Assembly: GCA_029865265.1 (NCBI GenBank)
Contig: JAOUHG010000004.1
Coordinates: 1,621-65,620 of the forward strand
Direction: 5' to 3'
DNA length: 64,000 nt
Origin: Candidatus Krumholzibacteriia bacterium
GTDB taxonomy: Bacteria; Krumholzibacteriota; Krumholzibacteriia; WVZY01; JAKEHA01
Made by a program: the position numbers and the translations under genes
The notes under the pieces: generated by a model
Told to the model about the DNA's origin: nothing
Database searches by the model: none
The model's input: only the letters and a program-made list of their open reading frames with translations
Part shown: in pieces, positions 18,925 through 31,268 of the stretch
Layout: the number at the start of each line of letters is the position of its first letter
How positions within the stretch are numbered: the first letter of the stretch is position 1

Positions 18925-20078
18925 ACGGCATCAAAAAGCCGCGCTTTGGTTTCTGGAGCGCCGTCTTCTGGATCCTGGTGGGATTCGGAGTCGCGACGGC
19001 GTTCATGCGCTTCACGCGCGGGCTCGGATCGGTCACCAACCTGTCCGACAACTTCCCGTGGGGCCTGTGGATCGGCTTCGACATCCTGTGCGGTGTGGGT
19101 CTCGCCGCAGGCGGGTTCACCATCACCGCCATCGTCTACCTGTTCCACCTGGAACGCTTCCGGCCCATCGTGCGGCCGGCCATCCTGACCGCGTTCCTGG
19201 GTTACCTGCTGGTGGTGGTGGGTCTGTTGTTCGACCTGGGGCGGCCCTGGAACATCTGGCACCCGCTCATCATGTGGAACCCCCACTCGGTGATGTTCGA
19301 GATCGCGTGGTGCGTGACACTGTACACGACCGTGCTGGCACTTGAGTTCTCGGGGATGGTGTTCGAGAGGCTGGGGTGGAAGCGCGCGCTGTCCATCCAG
19401 CACGCGGTGGTGATTCCGCTGGTGATCGCGGGTGTCATTCTCTCCACCCTGCACCAGTCTTCGCTGGGCGCGCTCTACCTGATCGTGCCGGGCAAGTTGC
19501 ACCCGCTGTGGTACACCGAGCGCCTGCCGGTGATCTTCTGGCTCTCGGCGGTGTGCGCGGGGCTCGCCATGGTGATCGTGGAATCGCGTCTCTCGGCGCG
19601 CGCCCTCGGGCGCAACCTGGAGGTGCCCATCATTCGAACGCTGGGCCGGGCGCTGCTGGGCGTGCTGGGTGTGCTGGCGGTGTTCCGCCTGCGCGACCTG
19701 GCCGCGCGGGGCGTGCTGGGGCTGGCGTTTACGCCTTCGTACGAAGCGGCGCTGTTCCAGGTGGAGTTCCTGCTGGGCATCGTGCTGCCGTTCGTGTTGC
19801 TGCTCTTCCCGCGCATGCGCCGGAGCCCCGGCGGTCTGTACGTCGCGAGCCTGTTCACCGTGCTGGGTTTCATTGCCAACCGGCTCAACGTGAGCATCAC
19901 CGGCCTCGAGGCGTCGCAGGGGCACTACATCCCCGCCGCCGGCGAGATCCTGGTGACCCTCATGCTGGTGGCGCTGGGATTCGCGGCGTTCAAACTGGCG
20001 GCCAAGTACCTGCCGGTGTACCCGCCGTTGTCCGGGAGCGCGCCGCCGGGAACTGCCCCGGGCGTGCGCAACAAGTGA
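18921..20078 (+). CDS. NrfD/PsrC/HybB-family polytopic membrane (quinone-interacting) subunit
   Basis: The ATG at 18921 overlaps the upstream stop (ATGA). The translation MNGIKKPRFGFWSAVFWILVGFGVATAFMRFTRGLGSVTNLSDNFPWGLWIGFDILCGV... contains multiple TM helices. Confidence 0.85.
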   Translation: MNGIKKPRFGFWSAVFWILVGFGVATAFMRFTRGLGSVTNLSDNFPWGLWIGFDILCGVGLAAGGFTITAIVYLFHLERFRPIVRPAILTAFLGYLLVVVGLLFDLGRPWNIWHPLIMWNPHSVMFEIAWCVTLYTTVLALEFSGMVFERLGWKRALSIQHAVVIPLVIAGVILSTLHQSSLGALYLIVPGKLHPLWYTERLPVIFWLSAVCAGLAMVIVESRLSARALGRNLEVPIIRTLGRALLGVLGVLAVFRLRDLAARGVLGLAFTPSYEAALFQVEFLLGIVLPFVLLLFPRMRRSPGGLYVASLFTVLGFIANRLNVSITGLEASQGHYIPAAGEILVTLMLVALGFAAFKLAAKYLPVYPPLSGSAPPGTAPGVRNK

Positions 20079-20097
20079 TCGGAGGGGTGGTTTTCGA

Positions 20098-21749
20098 GTG
20101 AGCGAAAATCGCCATGAGAGCCGGGGGCTGGCAGCCCGCTTCGGGCTGGCGCTGTGCGCCGGAACCGCCGTCATCCTGGTGGCGGGCGGCTACGCCAGCC
20201 TCCGGCTGCAACGCTCGCACCTCACCGAGCTGGTGGAGACGCGTGCCATCGAGGTGGCGGATGTCATCCGCCGCTCCACGCGCGATGCCATGATGCGCGA
20301 CGACCCGGGCGAAGTGCGGCGCATCATCGGCGCCATTGCCGATCACGAGTCGTTCGAACGCATCCGGGTGTTCGATGCCCGCGGGCGCATCACCGTCTCC
20401 ACCATGGAGGACGAGGTGGGCACGCTGGTGGACATGAACGCCGAGCAGTGCGTGCTGTGTCATGGCGCCGACCAGCCGTTGACGCGCCTCAACGGACTGG
20501 ATCGCACGCGCGTATTCCGCGCGCCGTCGGGGGATCGCGTGCTGGGGGTGATTGCGCCGGTGCACAACGAGGCCAGTTGCGCCAGCGCTGCGTGTCATGC
20601 ACATCCGCCCAGCGTCAACGTGCTCGGCGTGCTCGACGTGCAACTGCCGCTGGCGCGGGTGGACGCGGACCTGGCCGCGTCGGAGCGGCAGATCCTGCTA
20701 GGGGTGGGTATCGCGGTTCTCGCCCTGCTTGCGCTGGCATGGCTGCTCACGTGGCGCATGGTGATCCGGCCTGTGGCCAACCTTACGCGCGCCGCGCAGC
20801 GCGTGGCGGACGGCGATTTTTCCGAGCGGCTGCAGACCGGTCATCACGGGGAAATCAGCGTGCTCACGGAATCCTGGAACGCGATGACCGAGCGGCTGGG
20901 TATGGCACGGCGCGACCTCGAAGAGTTGAACACCACCCTGGAGCTCCGGGTGGAAGAGAAGACCGCACAGCTGGAGCTGGCCCACAAGCGCATGATGCTG
21001 GTGGACAAGATGGCGTCGCTGGGAAAACTCGCCGCCACGGTGGCGCACGAACTCAACAATCCGCTGGCCGGCATCGCCACCTACGCCAGGCTCCTGCGGC
21101 GGCGGAGCGAGGAGGCGGACCCCGAACTGTCACCGCCGGCGGGGCAGGACGATGCACGCCGCATTCTCGCGCTTATCGAGAGTGAGTCGCTGCGCTGCGG
21201 CAACATCGTGCGCAACCTGCTCCTGTTCAGCCGTTCGCCCACGGTTCGATTCGCCGAGGAGGATCTGCGCCCGCTGCTCGACCGCTGTGTAATGCTCCTC
21301 AAACACCGCGCGGACCTGTCGGAGGTTTCGCTCAGCGTCGATGTGCCCGCGGGCCTGCCGCGGGTGGAATGCGACGCATCGCAGATTCAACAGATGGTGC
21401 TGGCGCTGGTCATCAATGCACTGGAGGCAACGGCGCAGGGCGGCCAGGTGATCATCGCCGCGCGAGAGGATGAACCGGGCGAGTGGGTGACGCTGAGCGT
21501 GCGCGACAACGGCCGCGGCATCCCACCCGAATACCTGGCGGACATCTTCGAGCCGTTCTTCACCACCAAGGAAGGGGAGGCCGGTGTGGGGCTGGGACTG
21601 CCGGTGGTGTTCGGAATCGTTACGCGCCACCATGGCACCGTGAGCGTGGAATCCACGCCGGGTGCGGGCACCGTTTTCTTCGTGCGCCTGCCGGTTCACC
21701 AGCCGCGCGCGACGGACGCCGAGTCGTCCGACAAGGAGGTTCACGCCAC

Positions 21750-21753
<4 letters not shown>
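20098..21753 (+). CDS. Sensor histidine kinase with periplasmic c-type heme-binding motifs, HAMP, HisKA and HATPase domains
   Basis: A GTG start follows GGAGGGG. Two TM helices flank a ~170-aa loop carrying CVLCH (20449..20463) and CASAACH (20578..20598). The H-box is AATVAHELNNPLAGI, and the G-boxes are DNGRGI and GVGLGL. Confidence 0.85.
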
Positions 21754-23120
<1,367 letters not shown>

Positions 23121-23126
23121 CGCGTC

Positions 23127-23705
23127 GTGGCCGACGGCAACCCGCATGCAGCACCGCCTCGCATCGAGACGGTCCGCTTTCACGCGGACGGGGGCATCGC
23201 GCGCGCCCTCGCCGAGGACATCGTGGCGCATGTGAGCCGTTGCCTGGTGGTGCCGTGCCGGCTGGATGCGTCTCCCTGGGACATCCGGCCGGTGCGACTG
23301 GGTGGGCGCGATCAGGTGGACGCGGACGGCCTGCTTGCCTCGCTGGCGTCATGCGCCCCGGGGGTGATCCAGGTGGGGCTCACCGGGCTCGACATCGGCC
23401 TGCCCATATTCACCTTCGTGTTCGGGCGCGCCATGCGTGGGGGGCACGCCGCGGTGGTGTCGCTGGCACGGTTGAGGCCGGAGCACTACGGCCTCGCGGC
23501 CGACGCCGATGTTCTCCTGCGGCGCGCCGTGACGGAGATCCTGCACGAACTCGGGCACGTGGTGGGGCTGGGGCACTGCAACGACTTCAACTGCATCATG
23601 CACTTCGCGCCCAAGGTGGAGTCCATCGACGTGCGCGGCGGCGATTTCTGCACCGCGTGCGCGGCCTCGCTGCCGCCGGATGTCTTTTCACCGCTGCACG
23701 GCTGA
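23127..23705 (+). CDS. Archaemetzincin-like zinc metallopeptidase (M54 family)
   Basis: HELGHVVGLGHCNDFNCIMHF...GGDFCTAC matches the HEXXHXXGXXHC plus Cys4 archaemetzincin signature. Confidence 0.75.
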   Translation: MADGNPHAAPPRIETVRFHADGGIARALAEDIVAHVSRCLVVPCRLDASPWDIRPVRLGGRDQVDADGLLASLASCAPGVIQVGLTGLDIGLPIFTFVFGRAMRGGHAAVVSLARLRPEHYGLAADADVLLRRAVTEILHELGHVVGLGHCNDFNCIMHFAPKVESIDVRGGDFCTACAASLPPDVFSPLHG

Positions 23706-23726
23706 GGGAACGCGCCGGCGCACTGC

Positions 23727-26705
23727 CTATCGCTTGGCGGGCTTGATCACCAGGCCCAGCCCCTGGTGGCCGTCGACGACGACGCGCAGGGGGTGCTTGA
23801 GCCGAAGGTGGCGCACGTACGTCCCTTCCTGCTCGACCGGTTGGCCGGCGATCCACTTCCAGTCCACGAACTCACCTGCGTCGTCGTTTCCCACCGTGAG
23901 GTAGCTGATCCCGGATGCGGCCAGGTTCTCGAAGAAGTGCCCGCCCTGCGACGGCGCCACCGCCGCGTCCCGCAGCGGCGCCTCGACGATCACGCGCGCC
24001 GCGTTGATCTCGTCCCAGCGAACCGGAAGCCCCAACCACGGGTCGGCGGACCCGAGGCGCCCCACGCCGATCAGCACGTACGGGCGGCCCAGCTCCGCGA
24101 GCTTCGCGTTGAAATTCCCCAGTTCCCGCGCCGCGAGCACGCTGTTGGCACGTTCGAAGCGATCACGATCCACGACCACCATGTCGCTGATGTCGTCGCT
24201 GGCGCCGTTGCCGAGCACGCGCGTGCTGCGGCACACCAGCGTCTTCGCCGGGGCATCCTCCACCTTGAGGCGCTCGACTTCGCGGTCGATCACCATCGGC
24301 CGCAGCTGCAATAACTGGAACTCGCGTCGCGCACCCTCCGGCACCGACAGGTTGACGGCGAACTCGATTTCCACCGGGCCGCTCATGCCTCGCATACCCA
24401 GTTCGAGGTGGCGCTGGATGATCTCGGCCAGCGGAAACAGGTCGTTCTTCAGAATGGGGGCGAACGTCACCACGCGCGGGCCGTCGCGCGCGATGCCGTC
24501 GTACAGAACCCGATTTTCGTTGGAGTAGGTGGACGCGAGTGCGGCCAGCACGCCGTCGGCTTCGGCGCGCTGCAATGTTTCCTCAGCCAGGTGCAGCGGC
24601 CCGCCGGCTTCGCGCACCGCGTCTTCTGTGGGCAGCGCCAGTGCAAAGAACGTGTGCTGCGAGTAGCGCATACCTTCCTCGACGCGCGAGAACTGGATCT
24701 GGTTGCGCGGATGGCGCGGGCAGAAGCGGACCGTTGCGCCGCCGTCCGCCACCTGCGTTCCCAGTCCGATGGCGACCATGGCGATGCCGTCCTCGGGCGT
24801 CAGCGGCGCGGTCGGATAGAAGTTGTACGAGCGTGCGGCCCCCGCGAAATCGGGGTAGTAGCGGTCGCCGCGCTTCGCGCCCACCAGCTTTTGCACGATG
24901 ACCGCCATCTTCTCCTCTTCCAGACGGTACGGTGTCGAGCGCAGGTAGCGCTTGGCGGATGTGTAGAACGTCGATGCGTACACGCGCTTCACCGCATCCA
25001 GCAGGTCGTCCAGGCGCACGCCGGGATCGCGGTGCTGGTTGGGAAGCATGAACGTGTCATAGACGCCGGCGAAGGGCATGAATTGCGAGTCTTCGAGCAG
25101 GCTCGATGAGCGCACCGACAACGGATAGTGAGCCGCAACCAGGTAGGCCCGCAGGGCCTCTTCCGCTGCCACCGGGAACCGCCCCTCCCGAAAGCGCGCC
25201 AGGATCTCCGCGTCGTCGTTGCACCGGATTGCGAAGCCGGCCAGATCGTTGAAATCGAGGAAGCGGTCGAAGACGTCGGTGCCCAGCACCACCGAGGGTG
25301 GGGTGGTGATACGCACCCCCGGCCACTCCTCCTCCAGGTTGCCGGCGAGCAGCAGCGCGTTCGCGAAGGCGAGGCCGCGCGCCTTGCCTCCCAGCGACCC
25401 ACCGCCGATGCGCGCGAAGGTACGCTCGGCATCAAAGGTGTCGGGGTCGAAGTCGACCACCCAGCCCCGCTGGCTCTCGCGGCGGCGATCCCCGATGCTG
25501 GTCACCAGGTAGGAACGCAGCTCCGCGATCGACCCGTAGTCCGACACCTTCATGGGGCGCAGGCTGTGCGCGAGATCGAACTCCGTGCGCGCCTTGAGCC
25601 AGCGGGAAAAATCGTTGCGCTGGCCGTGATAGGAAAGGCTGCTGTCGGGCACCACGCGGAGTGCCTCCTGGAAGGTGCGCAGATCGTCGGCGCGTTTCAG
25701 CTCGATGCCATCCGCATCGCGGAACACGAAGTCGCCGAATCCAAAGTGTTGCAGCATGTATTGCTTGAGGTCGCGCAGCAGCGTGGGGGAGTCTTTGCGC
25801 AGAAACGACACGCCCAGTTCCGCGGCCCGCGCTCCGTTGGCGGCGTCGTGGGACTGCAGCAGCACCGGGATGTCGGCGTGCGACTGCATCACGCTGCGCG
25901 TGAAGTCGAAGCCCGCCGTCGCGTCCATGCTGCCTTCGCGCGGAAACGCGATATCGCACACAACGCCCAGAATGGTGTCGTGGTAGCGCTCGAAATGCCC
26001 CCACGCGTCCTCGTAGGTGTGGCAGAGGAGGATCTTGGGGCGCGCGCGTCGGCGCAGCAGTTTGTGCGCCGGGTTGACACCCTCGGCGATCACGTCCGCG
26101 GTCTGCTCGACGATCGCCGTATAAATGAGGGGGAGGTATGACGAGTAGAACTTGACGTCGTCCTCGATGAGGACGATCGACTGCACGCCTACCAGTGCGG
26201 TGTCGTGTTCGACGTTCGCGTGGTCCTCAATATTGCTGATGATGGCCAGCAACACGCGAAAGTCACCCTGCCAGACGAACACCCGGTCGAAAAGCGCAGC
26301 ACGGCCGCTGTGCAGCAGTGCGGCCAGTTCGCGGCTGTCGTGGGTCAGCAGGACCACCGGCGTCGTGATGCCCGCGCTGCGCATCTCCCGCGCCATCTGG
26401 TCGGCCTGCATGTCGTCGAGGCGCAGCGAGCAGATGACCAGGTCGAAGCGCCCCGGCTCGGCCAGCAATGACAGGGCCTCCGCGCCTCTGGAGACCCGCG
26501 TGAGACTGGGCATGGTGGTGAGGCCGAGCCCCAGGTACTCGTTGATCAGGGATTCGTAGAGGCTGCCGTCTTCGGAGAGGGTGAAAAAGTCGTACAGGTT
26601 GGAGACCAGCAACACGCCGCGAACACGAAACCGCATCAGACCCTGAAAGAGCTGTGCGGAGTGTCCCGTTTCGAGCTTCAGGCGATTGGTGCGACCGCTT
26701 TCCAT
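23727..26705 (-). CDS. Receiver-domain protein fused to a PEP/pyruvate-binding (PPDK N-terminal, ATP-grasp) domain
   Basis: The first receiver-like fold lacks the acceptor Asp (DLVICSLRLDDM). The second looks canonical (VLIEDDVKF ... GVVCDIAFP ... VLLQSH ... FLRKD). The PPDK_N-like region follows: IGGGSLGGKARGLAFANALL. Confidence 0.75.
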   Translation of the reverse strand: MESGRTNRLKLETGHSAQLFQGLMRFRVRGVLLVSNLYDFFTLSEDGSLYESLINEYLGLGLTTMPSLTRVSRGAEALSLLAEPGRFDLVICSLRLDDMQADQMAREMRSAGITTPVVLLTHDSRELAALLHSGRAALFDRVFVWQGDFRVLLAIISNIEDHANVEHDTALVGVQSIVLIEDDVKFYSSYLPLIYTAIVEQTADVIAEGVNPAHKLLRRRARPKILLCHTYEDAWGHFERYHDTILGVVCDIAFPREGSMDATAGFDFTRSVMQSHADIPVLLQSHDAANGARAAELGVSFLRKDSPTLLRDLKQYMLQHFGFGDFVFRDADGIELKRADDLRTFQEALRVVPDSSLSYHGQRNDFSRWLKARTEFDLAHSLRPMKVSDYGSIAELRSYLVTSIGDRRRESQRGWVVDFDPDTFDAERTFARIGGGSLGGKARGLAFANALLLAGNLEEEWPGVRITTPPSVVLGTDVFDRFLDFNDLAGFAIRCNDDAEILARFREGRFPVAAEEALRAYLVAAHYPLSVRSSSLLEDSQFMPFAGVYDTFMLPNQHRDPGVRLDDLLDAVKRVYASTFYTSAKRYLRSTPYRLEEEKMAVIVQKLVGAKRGDRYYPDFAGAARSYNFYPTAPLTPEDGIAMVAIGLGTQVADGGATVRFCPRHPRNQIQFSRVEEGMRYSQHTFFALALPTEDAVREAGGPLHLAEETLQRAEADGVLAALASTYSNENRVLYDGIARDGPRVVTFAPILKNDLFPLAEIIQRHLELGMRGMSGPVEIEFAVNLSVPEGARREFQLLQLRPMVIDREVERLKVEDAPAKTLVCRSTRVLGNGASDDISDMVVVDRDRFERANSVLAARELGNFNAKLAELGRPYVLIGVGRLGSADPWLGLPVRWDEINAARVIVEAPLRDAAVAPSQGGHFFENLAASGISYLTVGNDDAGEFVDWKWIAGQPVEQEGTYVRHLRLKHPLRVVVDGHQGLGLVIKPAKR

Positions 26706-26810
26706 ATGATCGGGAGCCCGGCGGGCCGTGGGGGCGCCGGTGGTGTGCCGGCCGGCGGCAGGTGATCCGCCGCCGGCCGCAACGTCGCAGTCACAGACTG
26801 CCAGAATGGG

Positions 26811-28202
<1,392 letters not shown>

Positions 28203-28405
28203 TCATTGCGGCGAAGATGGCGGGCGTGGTGGCGCCCTGAACAGCACGGGGAGCCATCCACGGCGGCCCTCCTCGGAGAGTAAGAGAAAAGGGTCCGGCT
28301 TTCAAGAAGGGGATCGGCCGGCTTTCCGTCGGTTCGCGAGGTCGGGCGGCATGCGCATGCCGATGTCCTGCCGCCCGCCCGGATCCCCCGTGTCGGCGGG
28401 CGCGT

Positions 28406-29671
28406 TCACCCATCCAGTTCGCTCAGGCGGCGATCGAGAAAGCGTCGCTCCGGCTCCTGGCGGGCGAGCGCCAGCGCGCGGCGGTACGCGTCGCGTGCCT
28501 CGGTGGTGCGTCCCAGGCGCCGGCACAGATCGGCGCGCGCGGCGTGCGCCAGGTGGTAGTCGGCCAGTTCGCCACCTTCGAGAATCGCGTCGATGAGTGC
28601 GAGCCCCGCCTGCGGACCGTCGCGCACGGCGATGGCGGCCGCGCGGTTGAGCGCCACCACCGGTGACGGTTCGGCGCGCAGCAGTACGTCGTAGATGCCG
28701 ACGATCTCATCCCAGTCGGTGTCGTCGGCGCAGGGCGCCTCCGCGTGCAGGGCGGCAATGGCCGCCTGCAACGCGTACGGTCCCACGCGCCGCGACGACA
28801 GCGCGCGTTTCACCAGTGCAGCGCCCTCGGTGATGTAGTCCTGGTTCCACTGCGAGCGGTCCTGTTCTCCCAACAGCACGAGTTCGCCGCCGGGTGTGGT
28901 GCGGGTGGGCCGCCGCGATTCGTGCAGCAGCATCAGCGCCAGGAGCGCTATCGCCTCGGGCTCGGGGAGCAGTTCCACCAGCAGCCTTCCCAGGCGGATG
29001 GCCTCCTGCGAGAGGTCGTGCCGCGTGAGCGCTTCGCCCGAAGACGCATAGTACCCCTCGTTGAAGACCAGATAGACCACGTGCAGCACCGAGTCCAAAC
29101 GCTCCGGCAGTTCGGCACGCTCGGGAACCCGGTAGGGAATGCGCGCGTCGCGAATCTTGTTCTTGGCGCGCACGATGCGCTGCGCCACCGTCGGGGCGGG
29201 GCTGAGAAACGCGCGCGCGATCTCTTCGGTGGTGAGGCCACACACCTCGCGCAGCGTCAGCGCCATCTGCGCCTCGGGCTTGAGCGCCGGGTGACAGCAG
29301 GTGAAGATAAGACGCAGGCGGTCGTCGCCCAGGCCGCCATCCTCGGAAACCTCCGAAGCGGTGGCGACGGACTCGATGTGATCGGCCAGCTTCACGAGCG
29401 ATGCGTCGAAGCGTGCACGGCGGCGGATGGCGTCGATGGCCTTGAAGCGGCCAGTGGATACCAACCACGCGCGCGGGTTGGCCGGAACGCCGTCGCGCGG
29501 CCACTGTTCGACTGCGGCGGCGAAGGCATCGTGCAGCGCCTCCTCGGCGAGGTCGAAGTCGCCGAGCAGGCGAATCAGGGTGGCGAGAACGCGGCGCGAC
29601 TCGGACCGGTAGAGCGTGTCCACCGTCTGCCGGATGTGCGTCGCCGCGTCCTCGCTCACCGCGTCCCCCAC
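28406..29671 (-). CDS. ECF-type RNA polymerase sigma factor with extended C-terminal (TPR-like) domain, YCII-associated type
   Basis: The GTG at 29671 overlaps the YCII stop (alternative GTG at 29659). Region 2: RVLATLIRLLGDFDLAEEALHDAF. Region 4: LTLREVCGLTTEEIARAF. A long helical tail follows. Confidence 0.8.
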   Translation of the reverse strand: MGDAVSEDAATHIRQTVDTLYRSESRRVLATLIRLLGDFDLAEEALHDAFAAAVEQWPRDGVPANPRAWLVSTGRFKAIDAIRRRARFDASLVKLADHIESVATASEVSEDGGLGDDRLRLIFTCCHPALKPEAQMALTLREVCGLTTEEIARAFLSPAPTVAQRIVRAKNKIRDARIPYRVPERAELPERLDSVLHVVYLVFNEGYYASSGEALTRHDLSQEAIRLGRLLVELLPEPEAIALLALMLLHESRRPTRTTPGGELVLLGEQDRSQWNQDYITEGAALVKRALSSRRVGPYALQAAIAALHAEAPCADDTDWDEIVGIYDVLLRAEPSPVVALNRAAAIAVRDGPQAGLALIDAILEGGELADYHLAHAARADLCRRLGRTTEARDAYRRALALARQEPERRFLDRRLSELDG

Positions 29672-30027
29672 TACTCGCGGTCGAACACCATGATGGGACG
29701 CACCTCGATGCTTCCGTGGCGCGCCGACGGAATCTTCGACGCCACCTGGATGGCGTCGTTGAGATCCTTGGCCTCGATCATGTAGTAGCCGCCGAGCTGC
29801 TCCTTGGTTTCCGCGAAGGGACCGTCGGTGGTGGCAACCTTGCCGTTGCGCACGCGCACCGTGGTGGCGGTCTGCACCGGTTGCAGGGCGTGCCCGGCCA
29901 CGTAGTGGCCGCTCTTCTGGATGCCATCGCCGAACGCCCAGTACTCGTTCATGATGGACTCCATTTCCGGCTGGGCCATGCCGCTGATGATCTTCTCGTC
30001 TTCGTAGATCAAACACAGGTATTTCAT
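29671..30027 (-). CDS. YCII-related (DGPF) domain protein
   Basis: GGGAGG lies upstream of the ATG at 30027. The translation reads MKYLCLIYEDE...TDGPFAETKEQLGGYYMIEAKDLNDA. Confidence 0.8.
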   Translation of the reverse strand: MKYLCLIYEDEKIISGMAQPEMESIMNEYWAFGDGIQKSGHYVAGHALQPVQTATTVRVRNGKVATTDGPFAETKEQLGGYYMIEAKDLNDAIQVASKIPSARHGSIEVRPIMVFDRE

Positions 30028-30210
30028 GATTGCCTCCCTGGCTGGGTTGGATTTCGGTTCCGATTTCAACCCCTGGTCGTTCGGCGGGGGATGAATTCGA
30101 CATGCTGCCCAAAGAAAAGTGTGTGCCGGCGCAGAGGGGGTGCGGCCCGCCGCCGGGCTCCCGGTCAATTATAGTAGCAGACGAGACCGGAAATCCCAGG
30201 GGGCAAGCGG

Positions 30211-30741
30211 TCAGGAAACCCCGGCCACGAACGCGTCGACGGACCGCTCAACGCCCGCCCGCGACAGGCTGGGGTAGCGCGCGTAAGCGGAGTCTGGAAT
30301 TGCCGCCACCAGGGCGCGGAACTTTGGGGGATCCACCAGCCCGTGGCGTACGAATTCCCGCGCGTCGTCGAGGTCCCGCTGGAAACCGCGGACGACCTTG
30401 GATAGCACCTGCGCGTAGGGGTCGTAGTGGTAGAACCCGATCGCGCCGATGGTATCGATGAACACGTGGCGATCGGCGGTACCCTTCAGGGGCGGCACGA
30501 AGTCTTCCGGACGCGCGAACTCGACGTTCATGTCGAGGCGCTCCTTGATGGCCTGGATGTCACGGAAGACGCGTTCCTGTTCCGAGAAGAGATCGGCATC
30601 GATGGAAGCGCGCCGCCAGCCCAGGTAGACCGCGGTTCCGCCCCCCACCAGGTAGACCTGGTAGCTCCCGCGCCGGGGCGCACAGCGCGCCAGCTCCTTC
30701 ATGAGCAGTACCAGGCGTTCGCGGGTCAGTTCCTCTCGCAT
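30211..30741 (-). CDS. Minimal nucleotidyltransferase-fold protein (DUF6036-like)
   Basis: YLVGGGTAVYLGWRRASIDADLF carries the hG[GS] and DxD signatures of the Pol-beta NTase fold. Confidence 0.6.
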   Translation of the reverse strand: MREELTRERLVLLMKELARCAPRRGSYQVYLVGGGTAVYLGWRRASIDADLFSEQERVFRDIQAIKERLDMNVEFARPEDFVPPLKGTADRHVFIDTIGAIGFYHYDPYAQVLSKVVRGFQRDLDDAREFVRHGLVDPPKFRALVAAIPDSAYARYPSLSRAGVERSVDAFVAGVS

Positions 30742-30748
30742 GTGGACC

Positions 30749-31186
30749 TCAATTCAGGCGGGCGCCCGCGCACGCGTCTGCGAACGACGCGGCCTGGCGC
30801 AGATAGGCGAGGTAGCGCGCGTGCGCCAGGTCACCGGCGGAAAGCTCCAGCAGTCGGTACAAACGCGTGTCCGCGTCCGCGAACACATCGCGGGGCAGGG
30901 GGACACCCTCGCGACGAAGGCGGGGTGCGGCCAGCGACACGAGCAGACTTTCGACGGTCTCTTCGCCGGCCGCGAGCGCGGCAAGGCCGGCATCGACGGT
31001 TGCGCCACCGGGAAGTCCGAGTGCCTCGAAGCTGGAATCACCGAAGCGCACCCGGATCCAGCGCCGCATGGCGGCCTGGCGGGCCACTGTCTTTCTCGTT
31101 TCCGGGGTCATCGCTTCGGCGCGTGCCTGCCCGCCGGCCCGGCCGTAGGCCCGGAACCGCTCTCGCACGGAAGCCGGAAGTTTCAT
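30749..31186 (-). CDS. Hypothetical protein, upstream partner of the NTase
   Basis: Lies 7 nt upstream of the NTase gene on the same strand. It has a basic N-terminal segment (YGRAGGQARAEAMTPETRKTVARQAAMRRW) and a helical C-terminus. Confidence 0.45.
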   Translation of the reverse strand: MKLPASVRERFRAYGRAGGQARAEAMTPETRKTVARQAAMRRWIRVRFGDSSFEALGLPGGATVDAGLAALAAGEETVESLLVSLAAPRLRREGVPLPRDVFADADTRLYRLLELSAGDLAHARYLAYLRQAASFADACAGARLN

Positions 31187-31268
31187 GCCCCTAGTGTACT
31201 AAGGGGGTAAGCATATGTCAAGGGGGGGCAAGAGGGGTCGTGCTCAGGCGCAGCGGCAGGCGAATCTG

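Noticed and set aside
28406-30112. A 568-aa ORF that would fuse the sigma-factor gene with upstream sequence. The N-terminal extensions of ORFs 13711..15855, 1034..3244, 18183..20078 and 21483..23120 are similar cases.
   Set aside because: The extensions overlap better-supported genes in another frame or strand and lack signal or domain features. Internal starts give RBSs, signal peptides or ATGA-type coupling.
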